Source of the DNA: an uncultured delta proteobacterium
GTDB lineage: Bacteria; Desulfobacterota; Desulfuromonadia; Geobacterales; Pseudopelobacteraceae
Assembly (NCBI GenBank): GCA_963772835.1
Contig: CAVYYZ010000011.1
Coordinates: 411,107-475,106 of the forward strand
DNA length: 64,000 nt
Reading direction: 5' to 3'
The notes under the pieces are model-generated. The model had not been told where the DNA came from. It was given only the letters and a program-made list of their open reading frames with translations, and did not search any database. The translations under genes and the position numbers were made by a program. Positions 41,455 through 52,261 of the stretch are shown in pieces. Position 1 is the stretch's first letter, and each line of letters starts with the position of its first letter.

Positions 41455-43287
41455 GTGATGGATCTTCAAAATATACACTGCGCCATTCAATCCGATGATG
41501 AAGAAGTGCGCAGATCGGCCCTGCATTCTTTAAAGGATTTTCCGTGCCATGAAGTACAAGCTGTTTTGTTCATCGCAATGGGTGACAAAAGTTGGAGGGT
41601 ACGAAAAGAGGCAGTTGAACTGTATGTTTATTCACAACCTGATCTTAGTTCCGTTGAGCAGTTGTTGAATCTTCTCCGTAATGAAGAAAATGCCGGTTTG
41701 AGAAACTCTGCTGCTGAAGCTGTAATTCGTCTCGGGTCTTCATCGGCGTCGCTTCTGATACAAATGGTGAAGGATCAGGATGCCGACGTGCGTAAATTTA
41801 TCATTGACGTCATGGGGGCAATCGGAGATACGGCTTTTGTACCTGAGTTATTGTTTGCTTTGAATGACCACGAGGTGAATGTTGCCTCGGCGGCTGCGGA
41901 GCAACTGGGCGCACTGGGCGATAAGAAAGCTGCAGAATACCTGATTCAGGCAATTCTGGAGAGAGATGAAGTTCTTTTTCGCTTTAGTGCGCTTGGGGCT
42001 TTGGAGGCTCTGGGAGAACCGGCCCGGGTGCCGGAAGCGCTGTTGGAATTGTCAGATCAGGACATACTTAAAAAGGCCGTTTTTACCTGTCTGGGAAGCA
42101 TTGCGGGTGAAGATTCCGTTACATTACTTCTGAATAATTTTACTTGCCGCCAAAAAAATAGTCGTGCCGCAGCAGTAAAGGCTCTGTATAAAATATACCG
42201 GAGGTCTTTACCGGCAACTCAGGAGAAAATCCATGAAGCGCTCCGGCTACTTAAGGAAAATGAAATAATTCCCGGTTTACTGGAACTTTTCAACCATCTG
42301 GACAGTGAGTTGACTGAAGCTTTGATTTGGACCGGTATCGAGACCAAAGATGCTCGTTTCATTCCGCTTCTGATTGAAGCGTATGCTGACGAGCGTACTG
42401 CCGCTGCCGCGCTTTCCGCCTTAAAGTGCTTCGGACGGGAAGCATTGTATGAAATTATTTCCCGATATTCGAGTCTGGATGAGAGGGGACGAAGCGGCCT
42501 CTGTTTTCTGATTGCTGAATGCGGATATTCCGGTTTCAATGATGTAATTAAAAAAGCGTTAATCGATCAATCTGCCAGGGTCCGTAAGTCGGCCGCGATG
42601 GCGGCAGGAAAGCTCGCCCTGGTTACATTGATTCCCGACCTGCTTTTGTTGATAGATGATGTTGAAGAACATGTATATTCGGCGGCTGTTTCCAGTTTGC
42701 AGTCACTTGTAATGATTAACCGTTCGGCTATATTGTCTGAAGTCGGTGTTTTCTGCTCATCAACAGTGTCGAATCATCGCAAAGCTGCAGCGTTGTTACT
42801 TGCTTCTTTGGGGGAGCGGGACCGTCTGTTACTGTTAATCAAAGATGAAGATCCACAGGTTCGCAAAGCTGCAGTTTCAGCAATTGGAGCCAACCGGGTA
42901 GAAACAGCCGGTTCGATGTTGCTATCAGCACTTGCTGATGAAGATCCGGATGTTCGCATTGCTGTTGCCGATGCTCTTGGAAAGGTACGGGACCCCTCAA
43001 CACTTGAAACTCTAGAACTTGCTCTTAATGATCAGGACATATGGGTACAGTCTGCGGTTTTAAAAGCGATAGCACAGATTGAACCGACTCGCGCGTGCTC
43101 AATAATCAAAAGTATTCATTCAGGAACAGAAGGCTTATTGATGATTACATGCCTACAGATTCTCGAGAGAATCGGTGGCGCTGATTCAGAGAGAATCGTA
43201 CGGGAATCTCTAAAAAGCAGTGACCGGGATATTTCCCGGCAAGCGGCAAAGTCTCTGGAACATCTTCTCTTAAATCCATCAAATTAG
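41455..43287 (+). CDS. HEAT/PBS-lyase repeat protein
   Basis: Repeated D....VR..A..AL units (DKSWRVRKEA, DQDADVRK, DEDPQVRKAA, DEDPDVRIAVADALG). Confidence 0.9.
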   Translation: MMDLQNIHCAIQSDDEEVRRSALHSLKDFPCHEVQAVLFIAMGDKSWRVRKEAVELYVYSQPDLSSVEQLLNLLRNEENAGLRNSAAEAVIRLGSSSASLLIQMVKDQDADVRKFIIDVMGAIGDTAFVPELLFALNDHEVNVASAAAEQLGALGDKKAAEYLIQAILERDEVLFRFSALGALEALGEPARVPEALLELSDQDILKKAVFTCLGSIAGEDSVTLLLNNFTCRQKNSRAAAVKALYKIYRRSLPATQEKIHEALRLLKENEIIPGLLELFNHLDSELTEALIWTGIETKDARFIPLLIEAYADERTAAAALSALKCFGREALYEIISRYSSLDERGRSGLCFLIAECGYSGFNDVIKKALIDQSARVRKSAAMAAGKLALVTLIPDLLLLIDDVEEHVYSAAVSSLQSLVMINRSAILSEVGVFCSSTVSNHRKAAALLLASLGERDRLLLLIKDEDPQVRKAAVSAIGANRVETAGSMLLSALADEDPDVRIAVADALGKVRDPSTLETLELALNDQDIWVQSAVLKAIAQIEPTRACSIIKSIHSGTEGLLMITCLQILERIGGADSERIVRESLKSSDRDISRQAAKSLEHLLLNPSN

Positions 43288-43294
43288 GTCGTTC

Positions 43295-44173
43295 ATGACG
43301 CTCTCCTTTGCACATGACAATAGTATGTCCGACGATGAATTCTTTCTTTTGAGGGACTGTATCTACGCACATTGCGGCATTTATTTTGGTCAGGATTCGA
43401 AGTATATTCTTGAAAAACGGCTTTATCACCGTTTGTCTGACCTGAATTTGCCTACTTTTTATGATTACTATCATTTCTTAAAGTATAACAGAAATAAAGA
43501 CCAAGAACTTACTGATATCATGGATGTTCTTACAACAAACGAAACATATTTTTTCCGTGAAATGTTCCAGCTCAAAGCTTTTTCCGATGAGATAATCCCT
43601 GAACTGATCAAAAGAAAAACTGCCTGTGGTAACCGTTCACTGCGAATTTGGAGTGCCGGCTGCTCCACCGGAGAAGAACCATACACTATTGCAATGCTGC
43701 TGAGCACAATTCCAGAGATCAGGGGATGGAATATTGAAATAATCGGTACCGATATCAGCCAGAAGGTCCTTCAGCAGGCCCGTCGAGCCGTATACGGAAA
43801 ATCGTCGTTTCGGGCGACAGAAGAGAGCGACCTGCGGCGGTTTTTCCATCAACATGATGGCGGCTACAAAGTAAATGACTCCATCCGGGAGATGGTGACC
43901 ATAAGCCATCTCAACCTCTTCGACACATATCGTCTGGCCATGCTCGGCAAGGTTGACCTTATTTTTTGTCGTAATGTAATTATCTACTTTGATCAGGCGG
44001 CGAAAAAGCGCGTTATTGAATCTTTTCACGCTTCACTGTATGATGCGGGCTATCTCCTTCTGGGGCACTCTGAATCTCTCATGAATATCACGACACTTTT
44101 TACACTCCGGCACTTTAAAAATGACATGATATATCAAAAACCTGATCGTTGTTTTGCGGGAGGTTCACTGTGA
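43295..44173 (+). CDS. cheR: Chemotaxis methyltransferase CheR
   Basis: TTNETYFFRE, WSAGCSTGEEPYT, GTDIS, FCRNVIIYF, LGHSE. Confidence 0.96.
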   Translation: MTLSFAHDNSMSDDEFFLLRDCIYAHCGIYFGQDSKYILEKRLYHRLSDLNLPTFYDYYHFLKYNRNKDQELTDIMDVLTTNETYFFREMFQLKAFSDEIIPELIKRKTACGNRSLRIWSAGCSTGEEPYTIAMLLSTIPEIRGWNIEIIGTDISQKVLQQARRAVYGKSSFRATEESDLRRFFHQHDGGYKVNDSIREMVTISHLNLFDTYRLAMLGKVDLIFCRNVIIYFDQAAKKRVIESFHASLYDAGYLLLGHSESLMNITTLFTLRHFKNDMIYQKPDRCFAGGSL

Positions 44174-45240
44174 AGAAGATCAGGATAGTTGTTGTTGATG
44201 ACTCTGCGTTTAGCCGCCGTAGCATAACACGCATGTTGGAAGACCTCGATTTTGTAGAGGTCGTCGGGTACGCGATAAACGGTGAAGAAGGCATTCAAAA
44301 GGTTATTGCCCTTAAGCCGGATCTGGTAACTCTCGATCTAGAAATGCCCAAAATGGACGGTTTTACACTCTTACGAATTTTGACAACACGTTTTTCGCTG
44401 CCGGTTATTGTGATTAGTGCTCTTAGCGGCGCTGACAAGGTCTTTAGAGCGCTTGAACTTGGTGCCCTTGACTTTGTGGCAAAGCCGTCCGGATGCGCTT
44501 CAATAGATCTACTCTCAATAAAAGAAGATCTTCAAAAAAAAGTTCAGCAGGTTCTTGCACTTAAACCCAGTAGTTCTGTCCGCTCAATCACTAAGAAAGT
44601 ATCACCGGAGCGCAGCACATTTATATCAAAACTAACAGGAAAGACGGGAATTGGTGCACATCATTCCATTGATCTTGTGGCAATCGGTTCTTCAACCGGT
44701 GGGCCACCTGCTTTGCAGCAGATATTTTCCGCCTTTGAACAGAAATATCCTTTTGCGGTAGTTGTATCCCAGCATATGCCCGCCGGATTTACCAAAGCCT
44801 TTGCGGACAGGCTTAATCGTACCTCACTCTTTGATATAAAAGAGGCAGAGGATGGCGACCTTATCCTTCCCGGCAGGATTCTAATCGCCCCGGGCGGCAG
44901 GAATATGGTCTTCGAAGTGCGAGGAGGTCAGGTGACTGCCCGCATCGTAGAACCTGCCGAGTCTGACCGGTATGTTCCCTCTGTAGATGTCATGCTCCAG
45001 TCATGCGCCGGAATTTATCGTTCACGGGTTGCGGCTGTTATCCTGACCGGAATGGGCAACGATGGCAGCAAAGGGGTCAAGATGATCAAGGAGCACGGTG
45101 GGTGTGTGATTGCAGAATCAGAGGAGACCGCCATAGTGTACGGCATGCCGCGTGAAGCCGTAGGAACCGGCGTTGTTGATAGTATTGTTCCGTTGGATAG
45201 AGTTGCTTCAGAGATTATTCTCCAGGGTGGTTTTTCCTGA
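44170..45240 (+). CDS. cheB: REC-CheB methylesterase
   Basis: Receiver plus GSSTGGP, QHMP, PSVD, LTGMGNDG, GMP. Confidence 0.96.
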   Translation: MKKIRIVVVDDSAFSRRSITRMLEDLDFVEVVGYAINGEEGIQKVIALKPDLVTLDLEMPKMDGFTLLRILTTRFSLPVIVISALSGADKVFRALELGALDFVAKPSGCASIDLLSIKEDLQKKVQQVLALKPSSSVRSITKKVSPERSTFISKLTGKTGIGAHHSIDLVAIGSSTGGPPALQQIFSAFEQKYPFAVVVSQHMPAGFTKAFADRLNRTSLFDIKEAEDGDLILPGRILIAPGGRNMVFEVRGGQVTARIVEPAESDRYVPSVDVMLQSCAGIYRSRVAAVILTGMGNDGSKGVKMIKEHGGCVIAESEETAIVYGMPREAVGTGVVDSIVPLDRVASEIILQGGFS

Positions 45241-45265
45241 TTCTAGGTAAAAAGGTGATCTATTT

Positions 45266-47425
45266 ATGAACAGGTTTCTACATCTATTATTATTGGCTGC
45301 AATAGCCGCTGCTCCAGGATCTGTCTGTGCCGATTTCAAGCAGATACTGCAAATTAAAACTCAAAAAGTCGGAAACGTTTCCTTTAGCCATGATAATCAC
45401 CTTAAAAGTCTGGGCAGTAATTGCTCTGCCTGCCATAATTCAATTTTTCATATCATCCGGAAAAACAACCCGACTGTTACCATGGCTGAAATGGAAAAGG
45501 GCAGATCTTGTGGAGCATGTCACAACAAGGATAATCCAAAAACACCGCAACTGAAAAACTGTTCAGTTTGTCATACTGCTGATGCTGTAGCGATCACAAT
45601 TCCTGATTTCGGTACGTTGACCTTCAAACACAGTATACATCTCGGTATGTTTACGTGTACGGACTGCCACGACGCGTTGTTTAAAGCAGAGAAAAACGCA
45701 CAACATGTAAGCATGTCCCAGATGAGGCAGGGGAAATCCTGCGGCAGTTGCCACGACGGATCGGGCGCCTTTTCCGTTAAAGGTGATTGCGTAAAATGCC
45801 ATCAGGTGAGTGATGTCCCGCTTGCCGGTGGTTCTGTTTTCAGTCACAGCGTTCATCTTGAGATGTCATATGCCTGCTCGGAATGCCACAACAAAATATT
45901 TGTTCCCGGACCAAACCGGGTGAGTTATACCATGCTTGATATGGAGAAGGGAAAATCGTGCGGCGCCTGCCACAACGGGAAAACAGCTTTTTCATCCAAA
46001 GGTGACTGCCAAAAATGCCATAAAAATGTTATGGACATACGCTTCAAGGCATTTGACGCCAGGTTCAGCCATAACAACCATCTCAAAATGTTCAAGTGCG
46101 AGGAATGTCATAGTGCCGTTTTTATCGGTGGGACGAAAAGTATCCGGTATACGATGCCGCAAATGGAGAAAGGAAAATCGTGCGGAACATGTCATGATGA
46201 CAAAACAGCCTTCGGGGTAACCGGCAATTGTGAACAATGCCACACAACGGCACCACCAGATAGAGTTTTTACAATCAAGGATGCTGGAACAGTTACATTC
46301 AGTCACTCGAAACATCGCGGCAGTTTTTCCTGTGGACAGTGCCATAACGGCATTGTTTCTGCGGGGGCTGCTTCCAGGCGTTTCACAATGAATGAGATGG
46401 ACAAAGGACTGTCATGCGGGGCGTGTCACGATGGGAAAACCGCCTTCAGTGTCAAGTCCTGCAGTAAATGTCATCCGGTTAAAGAAGTTCTGTTTTCTAA
46501 TGATGCCCGTTTTAGTCACGACAAGCATCTTGAAGTGTATTCCTGCTCTGATTGCCATAACAAACTATTCAATTCAGGACCGGATAACAAGCGCGTAACT
46601 ATGGCCCAGATGGAAAAAGGCACTTCATGCGGGAGTTGCCACGATGGTTCAACCGTTTTCAGCGTAAAAGGCGATTGTGGGATGTGTCACAAATCTACCG
46701 TCAATGTTGTTTTTAAAGTCAGGGAGACCGGAGCTACGACTTTCAGTCATGCGGTTCATACAAGCATGTACAAATGTGTTGAGTGTCACAATGCAATTTT
46801 CAAAGCCGGCAAAGACAGTATTCGGTCAGGAATGACTGATATGGAAAAAGGGAGTTCATGCGGTACATGCCATGATGGAAAGACCGCCTTTGGTGTTAAA
46901 TCAGACTGCCAAAAATGTCATACGGTCAAACAGATTCAGTTCCGTCCCGGCAGTGCTGTTTTCAGCCATACGATTCACATAGCCGCTTACAGCTGCAAGG
47001 ATTGCCATCCGGGACTCTTTATTCCAGGAACCGGAAATAAACATTTCTCCATGAGTCAGATGGAACAGGGAAAATCCTGCGGAAGCTGCCATGATGACAA
47101 AACCGCTTTCAGTGTTAAGTCAAACTGTGTTAAGTGCCATCCCGGTACTCCGCTTTCTGTCCGTTATGAGCTGTCTCCAAGTACCGGAAATGTCGAATTT
47201 GGCCATAAGCCGCATATTGATAAAGGCTATGTCTGCACCGATTGCCATTATTCGGTCATACCATCGGGCACATCAGACAAACGCTGGGTGATGAAAGAGA
47301 TGGACCAGGGGAAGTTCTGCGGCAGTTGTCACGGTTTCAGTATGGCGTTTAGCGTCAAAGATCCGGCAACCTGTGAACGTTGCCATCAAAAAGAGTCGGA
47401 TTGGCGGCCGCAACCGATGCAGTAA
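45266..47425 (+). CDS. 27-heme periplasmic cytochrome c made of nine c7-type triheme domains
   Basis: Signal peptide; 27 CxxCH counted by hand in nine repeats of F(S/K/G)HxxH..CxxCH..MxxMxxGxSCGxCH..CxxCH. Confidence 0.95.
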   Translation: MNRFLHLLLLAAIAAAPGSVCADFKQILQIKTQKVGNVSFSHDNHLKSLGSNCSACHNSIFHIIRKNNPTVTMAEMEKGRSCGACHNKDNPKTPQLKNCSVCHTADAVAITIPDFGTLTFKHSIHLGMFTCTDCHDALFKAEKNAQHVSMSQMRQGKSCGSCHDGSGAFSVKGDCVKCHQVSDVPLAGGSVFSHSVHLEMSYACSECHNKIFVPGPNRVSYTMLDMEKGKSCGACHNGKTAFSSKGDCQKCHKNVMDIRFKAFDARFSHNNHLKMFKCEECHSAVFIGGTKSIRYTMPQMEKGKSCGTCHDDKTAFGVTGNCEQCHTTAPPDRVFTIKDAGTVTFSHSKHRGSFSCGQCHNGIVSAGAASRRFTMNEMDKGLSCGACHDGKTAFSVKSCSKCHPVKEVLFSNDARFSHDKHLEVYSCSDCHNKLFNSGPDNKRVTMAQMEKGTSCGSCHDGSTVFSVKGDCGMCHKSTVNVVFKVRETGATTFSHAVHTSMYKCVECHNAIFKAGKDSIRSGMTDMEKGSSCGTCHDGKTAFGVKSDCQKCHTVKQIQFRPGSAVFSHTIHIAAYSCKDCHPGLFIPGTGNKHFSMSQMEQGKSCGSCHDDKTAFSVKSNCVKCHPGTPLSVRYELSPSTGNVEFGHKPHIDKGYVCTDCHYSVIPSGTSDKRWVMKEMDQGKFCGSCHGFSMAFSVKDPATCERCHQKESDWRPQPMQ

Positions 47426-47588
47426 AAAGCAATTTCACACGTAACCCTCTTTCTTATATGCTTATTCTGGGAAACTCATCAGAAGAGAGAATTCCTAGGC
47501 ACATTTGAGGAAAATGTAAATCTCCATCCGATTAAAACGGGATGGGGAGACTCGATCAGAAATTTATTTGACATGAAAGGATATTACC

Positions 47589-50060
47589 GTGGATCAGAAG
47601 TACTCACCAAAAGACATTGAACAAAAATGGCAGACCATCTGGGAAAACGAGAAAACATTCAAGGTGTCTGCAGACAATAATAAGGAAAAATATTACCTTC
47701 TGGAGATGTTTCCATATCCTTCAGGACGTATTCATATGGGACACGTCCGCAATTATTCTATCGGTGATGTCATCGGCAGATTCAAAAGGATGCGCGGATT
47801 CAATGTCATGCATCCGATGGGATGGGATGCTTTTGGTATGCCGGCTGAAAATGCGGCCATCCAGAATAAGAGCCATCCCGCAACCTGGACGTACGAAAAC
47901 ATTGCATATATGCGGAAACAGATTAAAAAAATGGGTTTCTCCTACGACTGGGACCGGGAACTGGCTACCTGTGATGTTGAATATTACCGTTGGGAACAAA
48001 AACTTTTTTTGGAAATGTATGCCAAGGGATTGGCCTATAAAAAAACCTCATACGTAAACTGGTGTCCCAAGTGTGAGACTGTTCTTGCCAATGAGCAGGT
48101 GGAGGATGGCGGTTGCTGGCGTTGTGACAGTGACGTTAACCAGAAAGAACTTGATCAGTGGTTTTTTCGGATAACCGATTATGCCGAAGAACTCCTTGAA
48201 AACACATTCAACCTTCCCGGGTGGCCTGAACGGGTTCTTGTTATGCAGCGCAACTGGATAGGAAAAAGTTACGGTTGCGAAATCGATTTTCCGGTTGAAA
48301 ACAGCCCGGAAATAATCCGGGTTTTCACTACGCGCCAGGATACCGTTTTTGGTGCGACCTTTATGTCACTGGCTCCCGAACATCCGCGTGCCCTTGGACT
48401 GGCCACTCCTGATAAAAGGGACGCCGTCGTGGCATTTATCGATAAAATCAGAAAAACCGACCGCATTAAACGTACCGCGGATGATTTAGACAAAGAGGGG
48501 GTTTTCACCGGTTCATACTGCACCAATCCTGTAACCGGTACACGGATGCCTGTTTTTCTGGCAAACTTTGTCCTGATGGATTACGGCACAGGTGCTGTCA
48601 TGGCCGTACCGGCCCACGATCAACGTGATTTCGAGTTTGCAAAAAAATATGATCTTCCTCTGAATGTTGTAATTCAGAAGCCCGGTACAATTCTCGATTC
48701 GACCACTATGAGCGAGGCATATACCGAGGCCGGGATTATGACGAATTCCGGACAGTTTACCGGGATGCAAAGCACCGACGCAAAAGAGGCAATAGCTGAT
48801 TTTCTGCACACAAGAGGACAAGGTACCAAGACGGTAAATTTTCGTCTCCGTGACTGGGGAATTTCTCGACAGCGATACTGGGGCAACCCGATCCCGGTCA
48901 TCTATTGTGACAGTTGCGGTGTAGTTCCTGTACCGGAAAAGGATCTGCCGGTAGTTCTCCCGAAAGATGTGGCGTTCAGTGGTGAGGGTGGGAGTCCGTT
49001 GGCCCGGATGGAGCCCTTCGTACATTGCTCCTGTCCCGTTTGTGGAAAAGACGCCCGTCGTGAAACCGATACCATGGATACTTTTGTCCAATCATCCTGG
49101 TACTTTCTTCGCTACTGCTGTCCGGATTTCAAGGACGGCATCCTTGATCGCAGCACTGTCGACCACTGGATGTCGGTGGACCAGTATATCGGGGGTATTG
49201 AACATGCCGTATTACATCTTTTGTATGCTCGTTTTTTTACAAAAGTGATGCGTGACCTGGGCCATATTTCTGCTGATGAGCCATTTATAAACCTTCTGAC
49301 ACAGGGGATGGTCATTAAAGACGGCGCCAAAATGAGTAAGTCAAAAGGCAATGTCGTTGATCCGGACGCATTAATCTCAAAATATGGGGCGGATACCGCT
49401 CGTTTGTTTTCACTCTTCGCCGCACCGCCTGAAAAGGACCTGGATTGGAATGATCAGGGTGTAGAAGGTTCTTACAGATTTCTCTGTCGAATCTGGAAAC
49501 TCGTGCATGATCGCCTTGACATGGTCAAAAATGCCGGTCCGCTTGATTCCGGCTCACTGTCCGGCGACGAGCGCGCCCTGCGAAGAGCCGTACATAAAAC
49601 GATTCGTAAGGTTTCAGAAGATATTGAAGAACGGTTCCATTTTAATACCGCAATTGCTTCTGTAATGGAGCTACTTAATATTCTTCAGCCGGCAGATCTT
49701 TCAACTCCTCAATTCCCGGCGGTTATGAAAGAAGCGCTTCAGAGCGTTATTCTGCTTATGGCTCCTTTTGTCCCCCATATCACTGAGGAGCTTTGGCAAC
49801 GTCTGGGCAATACCGAACCATTGACTCAAGTCTTCTGGCCGGACTACGACCGGAGTGCAGTTGTTGATGAGGAACTTCTTGTAGTTGTTCAGGTTAACGG
49901 AAAATTGCGCTCAAAGATCACTGTTCCGGCGGGTACCGGTGAGGATGAACTTAAAGCACTATCACTGGGTGATGAAAAAATCATGCAATTTATTGAAGGA
50001 TTGACCGTCCGAAAGGTTATTTGTGTGCAGGGCAAGCTTGTCAACATTGTGGCAGGGTAG
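47589..50060 (+). CDS. leuS: Leucine--tRNA ligase
   Basis: [39 protein letters not shown]. Confidence 0.97.
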   Translation: MDQKYSPKDIEQKWQTIWENEKTFKVSADNNKEKYYLLEMFPYPSGRIHMGHVRNYSIGDVIGRFKRMRGFNVMHPMGWDAFGMPAENAAIQNKSHPATWTYENIAYMRKQIKKMGFSYDWDRELATCDVEYYRWEQKLFLEMYAKGLAYKKTSYVNWCPKCETVLANEQVEDGGCWRCDSDVNQKELDQWFFRITDYAEELLENTFNLPGWPERVLVMQRNWIGKSYGCEIDFPVENSPEIIRVFTTRQDTVFGATFMSLAPEHPRALGLATPDKRDAVVAFIDKIRKTDRIKRTADDLDKEGVFTGSYCTNPVTGTRMPVFLANFVLMDYGTGAVMAVPAHDQRDFEFAKKYDLPLNVVIQKPGTILDSTTMSEAYTEAGIMTNSGQFTGMQSTDAKEAIADFLHTRGQGTKTVNFRLRDWGISRQRYWGNPIPVIYCDSCGVVPVPEKDLPVVLPKDVAFSGEGGSPLARMEPFVHCSCPVCGKDARRETDTMDTFVQSSWYFLRYCCPDFKDGILDRSTVDHWMSVDQYIGGIEHAVLHLLYARFFTKVMRDLGHISADEPFINLLTQGMVIKDGAKMSKSKGNVVDPDALISKYGADTARLFSLFAAPPEKDLDWNDQGVEGSYRFLCRIWKLVHDRLDMVKNAGPLDSGSLSGDERALRRAVHKTIRKVSEDIEERFHFNTAIASVMELLNILQPADLSTPQFPAVMKEALQSVILLMAPFVPHITEELWQRLGNTEPLTQVFWPDYDRSAVVDEELLVVVQVNGKLRSKITVPAGTGEDELKALSLGDEKIMQFIEGLTVRKVICVQGKLVNIVAG

Positions 50061-50063
50061 GGG

Positions 50064-50588
50064 ATGTCAATGTCTATATTACGCAGTGGTTTGATGCTTG
50101 TACTCCTTCTGACTGCTGTTATGGGGTGTGGATATCACCTGACGAATACCCACTCACAACGGCTTGGAGGCTCTCAGAAGATATGGGTGCCTTTCTTCGC
50201 TAATGAAAGCATCAGCCCAACGGCACAAACAGTTCTACGCAGAACGTTTTATGAAGAATTACATGCCTTGCGCGGACTGATGCCCGCCGGCAGCGAAGGG
50301 AGTGCCGATCTTGTCATGAAGGCACGGATTATTTCCTACTCCAATAAGGCCGTGTCGTATAGTTCCGTGGATAAAGCCCGGGAATTCAGCCTGTCACTTA
50401 ATGTTGAACTTGAAATACTCAGAAAAGGTGATGTATCACCTCTCTGGAAAGGCCAGCTTCAAGGATCGAAGCAGTATCCTGCCAACACAAATCTCGCTCT
50501 GCAGCGCAACGCAGAAGAAAAGGCTCTTGATGGCGCTTCCCGTATAATTGCTCATAAATTCATTTCTGCTTTAGAAGAGTCCTATTGA
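50064..50588 (+). CDS. lptE: LPS-assembly lipoprotein LptE-like
   Basis: Lipobox VMGC-GYHL, F.N.S motif; conserved position between leuS and holA. Confidence 0.8.
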   Translation: MSMSILRSGLMLVLLLTAVMGCGYHLTNTHSQRLGGSQKIWVPFFANESISPTAQTVLRRTFYEELHALRGLMPAGSEGSADLVMKARIISYSNKAVSYSSVDKAREFSLSLNVELEILRKGDVSPLWKGQLQGSKQYPANTNLALQRNAEEKALDGASRIIAHKFISALEESY

Positions 50589-50590
50589 TA

Positions 50591-51589
50591 ATGACACCAC
50601 AGGAGTTTGAAACATCACTTAAGAAAGGCCTCGTGCCAACCGTCTGCTTCATTTACGGAGAAGAGCAATTTCTGGTCGAACGGGCGGTCCATGAGCTGCT
50701 TTCACGGGCAATAGACCCATCTCTTAAGGATTTCAATTTCAATGTGTTCTACGGCAATGAGTCCAAAGGGGTTGACATCATCGATGCCGCCCAGACTCTG
50801 CCTATGTTTTCTGAGCGGCGCGCCGTTCTTGTTAAACGGGCCGATCAGCTGAAAGCGGATGCTCTCGAAGTTATGCTGCCGTATATCAAGAATCCGGCAC
50901 TCGGCACTTGCCTGCTGATGACCGGCACCAAGATTGATCAACGCAAGAAGTTTTTTCTTGAATTCAAAAAACATGGAGAGCTGGTCGAATATAAATGCTT
51001 TTACGAAAACAAATTGCCCGGTTTTATTCAAACGGAAGCCGTGGCTCAAGGGAAGCCGATAGAAACCGCTGCGGCTGAACTTCTGGCCGCATTGATCGGC
51101 AATAACCTCCAGGAACTGAGTTCCCAGATTGAAAAACTGGTGGTTTACGCCGGAACCAGGCAGCGGATTTCTGTGGATGATGTCCGCATCATGGCGAGCA
51201 GCAGCAAGGCCTTCACGGCATTTGAACTGGCAAAGTTCCTGGGCTTGCGTGATCTGCAGAATTCGATCAGAAGCCTCGACGCATTGTTTTTGAATGGCGG
51301 AGATGTACCGATGATGGTTGGCGCACTCACCAGTCATTTCAGAAAGCTCTGGCGTGTCAGAGAACGGCTCGACAAAAAAGTATCTCCGACTGATATCGGT
51401 AAAGAGCTGTCCATAAATTCGTTTTTTCTGGGTGATATTGTCACTCAGGCCAGGAATTTTCCGCGCAGGGATTTGAAACGGATTTTTGAAGAGTTCTATC
51501 GTTGTGATGTTGCTTCAAAAACCGGGGGAGGACAGTCATATACGCTCCTGCACGGATTAACCATGGGGATCTGTACCGGCGGCTGGTAA
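50591..51589 (+). CDS. holA: DNA polymerase III delta subunit
   Basis: YGEEQFL, DFNF..FYG, TLPMFSERR.V, EKL..Y; position after leuS-lptE. Confidence 0.92.
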   Translation: MTPQEFETSLKKGLVPTVCFIYGEEQFLVERAVHELLSRAIDPSLKDFNFNVFYGNESKGVDIIDAAQTLPMFSERRAVLVKRADQLKADALEVMLPYIKNPALGTCLLMTGTKIDQRKKFFLEFKKHGELVEYKCFYENKLPGFIQTEAVAQGKPIETAAAELLAALIGNNLQELSSQIEKLVVYAGTRQRISVDDVRIMASSSKAFTAFELAKFLGLRDLQNSIRSLDALFLNGGDVPMMVGALTSHFRKLWRVRERLDKKVSPTDIGKELSINSFFLGDIVTQARNFPRRDLKRIFEEFYRCDVASKTGGGQSYTLLHGLTMGICTGGW

Positions 51590-51812
51590 TTTCTGTCTAC
51601 TTGTCTTTATCCCTGGTATTCCAAACAATGAGGGCGTTCTTGTGGAATCAGACCGCGTTTCCGGCGACGATTCGATACAATTACTGATGTTGAGAGAGCT
51701 GGCGACAAGCGTGAGGGGGTAAGTGCCTGGGCCGGAGGAACGCGCAGCCCCGCTAAAATGGCGGTATCAGGTGAAAGAGTGGGGAACGGCGGTAATAGGA
51801 ACTACAACGAGA

Positions 51813-51845
51813 AAAAGGGGGCTGCTTTACCGCATGCCCCCTTTT
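51813..51845 (-). terminator. Intrinsic terminator downstream of rpsT (possibly bidirectional)
   Basis: aaaagggggc...gccccctttt stem with A/T tails on both sides. Confidence 0.75.
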
Positions 51846-51867
51846 AAATATATCGATTAACTTCTTA

Positions 51868-52131
51868 CTAGCCGAGAGTATTGACCAGTTTTGTCAGGCG
51901 AGAAACATTGCGGGAAGCTGTCGAGCTATGGATCACACCTTTGGTGGCAGTGGCATCAATGACCGGAATAGCTATTTTAAGAGCTGCAACAGCGGCATCT
52001 TTGTCTTTGGCTTCTACTGCTTCACGAACCCGCTTGATATATGTTTTCAGCGTCGATGATACGTGACGATTACGTGCGGTTTTCTTTATGCTCTGTTTGA
52101 TCCTCTTGATTGCCGACTTATGATGAGCCAA
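51868..52131 (-). CDS. rpsT: 30S ribosomal protein S20
   Basis: [10 protein letters not shown]...RN...S..KT.IK...KGVIH...A.R..SRL; TTG start with GGAGG RBS. Confidence 0.96.
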   Translation of the reverse strand: MAHHKSAIKRIKQSIKKTARNRHVSSTLKTYIKRVREAVEAKDKDAAVAALKIAIPVIDATATKGVIHSSTASRNVSRLTKLVNTLG

Positions 52132-52179
52132 ACTACACCTCCAAAATTTTCTTTGAGTAATAACGGAATTGAAGCTTGT

Positions 52180-52209
52180 TGTTTAGCACTATATCTCAAC
52201 CGGTGTCAA
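52180..52209 (-). promoter_or_regulatory. Putative sigma70 promoter of rpsT
   Basis: Minus strand TTGACA-N18-TAAACA with TGn extended -10. Confidence 0.5.
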
Positions 52210-52261
52210 GCAAATTGTACTTCCGTACATTGAACTGCTACTGCTTGCGCGTGATCTATTA

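Noticed and set aside
45380..47390. ~225-bp periodic repeats as a possible non-coding array
   Set aside because: Fully explained by the nine c7 domains of the cytochrome
51715..51760. Resemblance to the SRP RNA core (gggccggaggaacgcgcagcccc)
   Set aside because: Lacks the CAGG...GNRA...AGCAG symmetric-loop arrangement and the long closing helix
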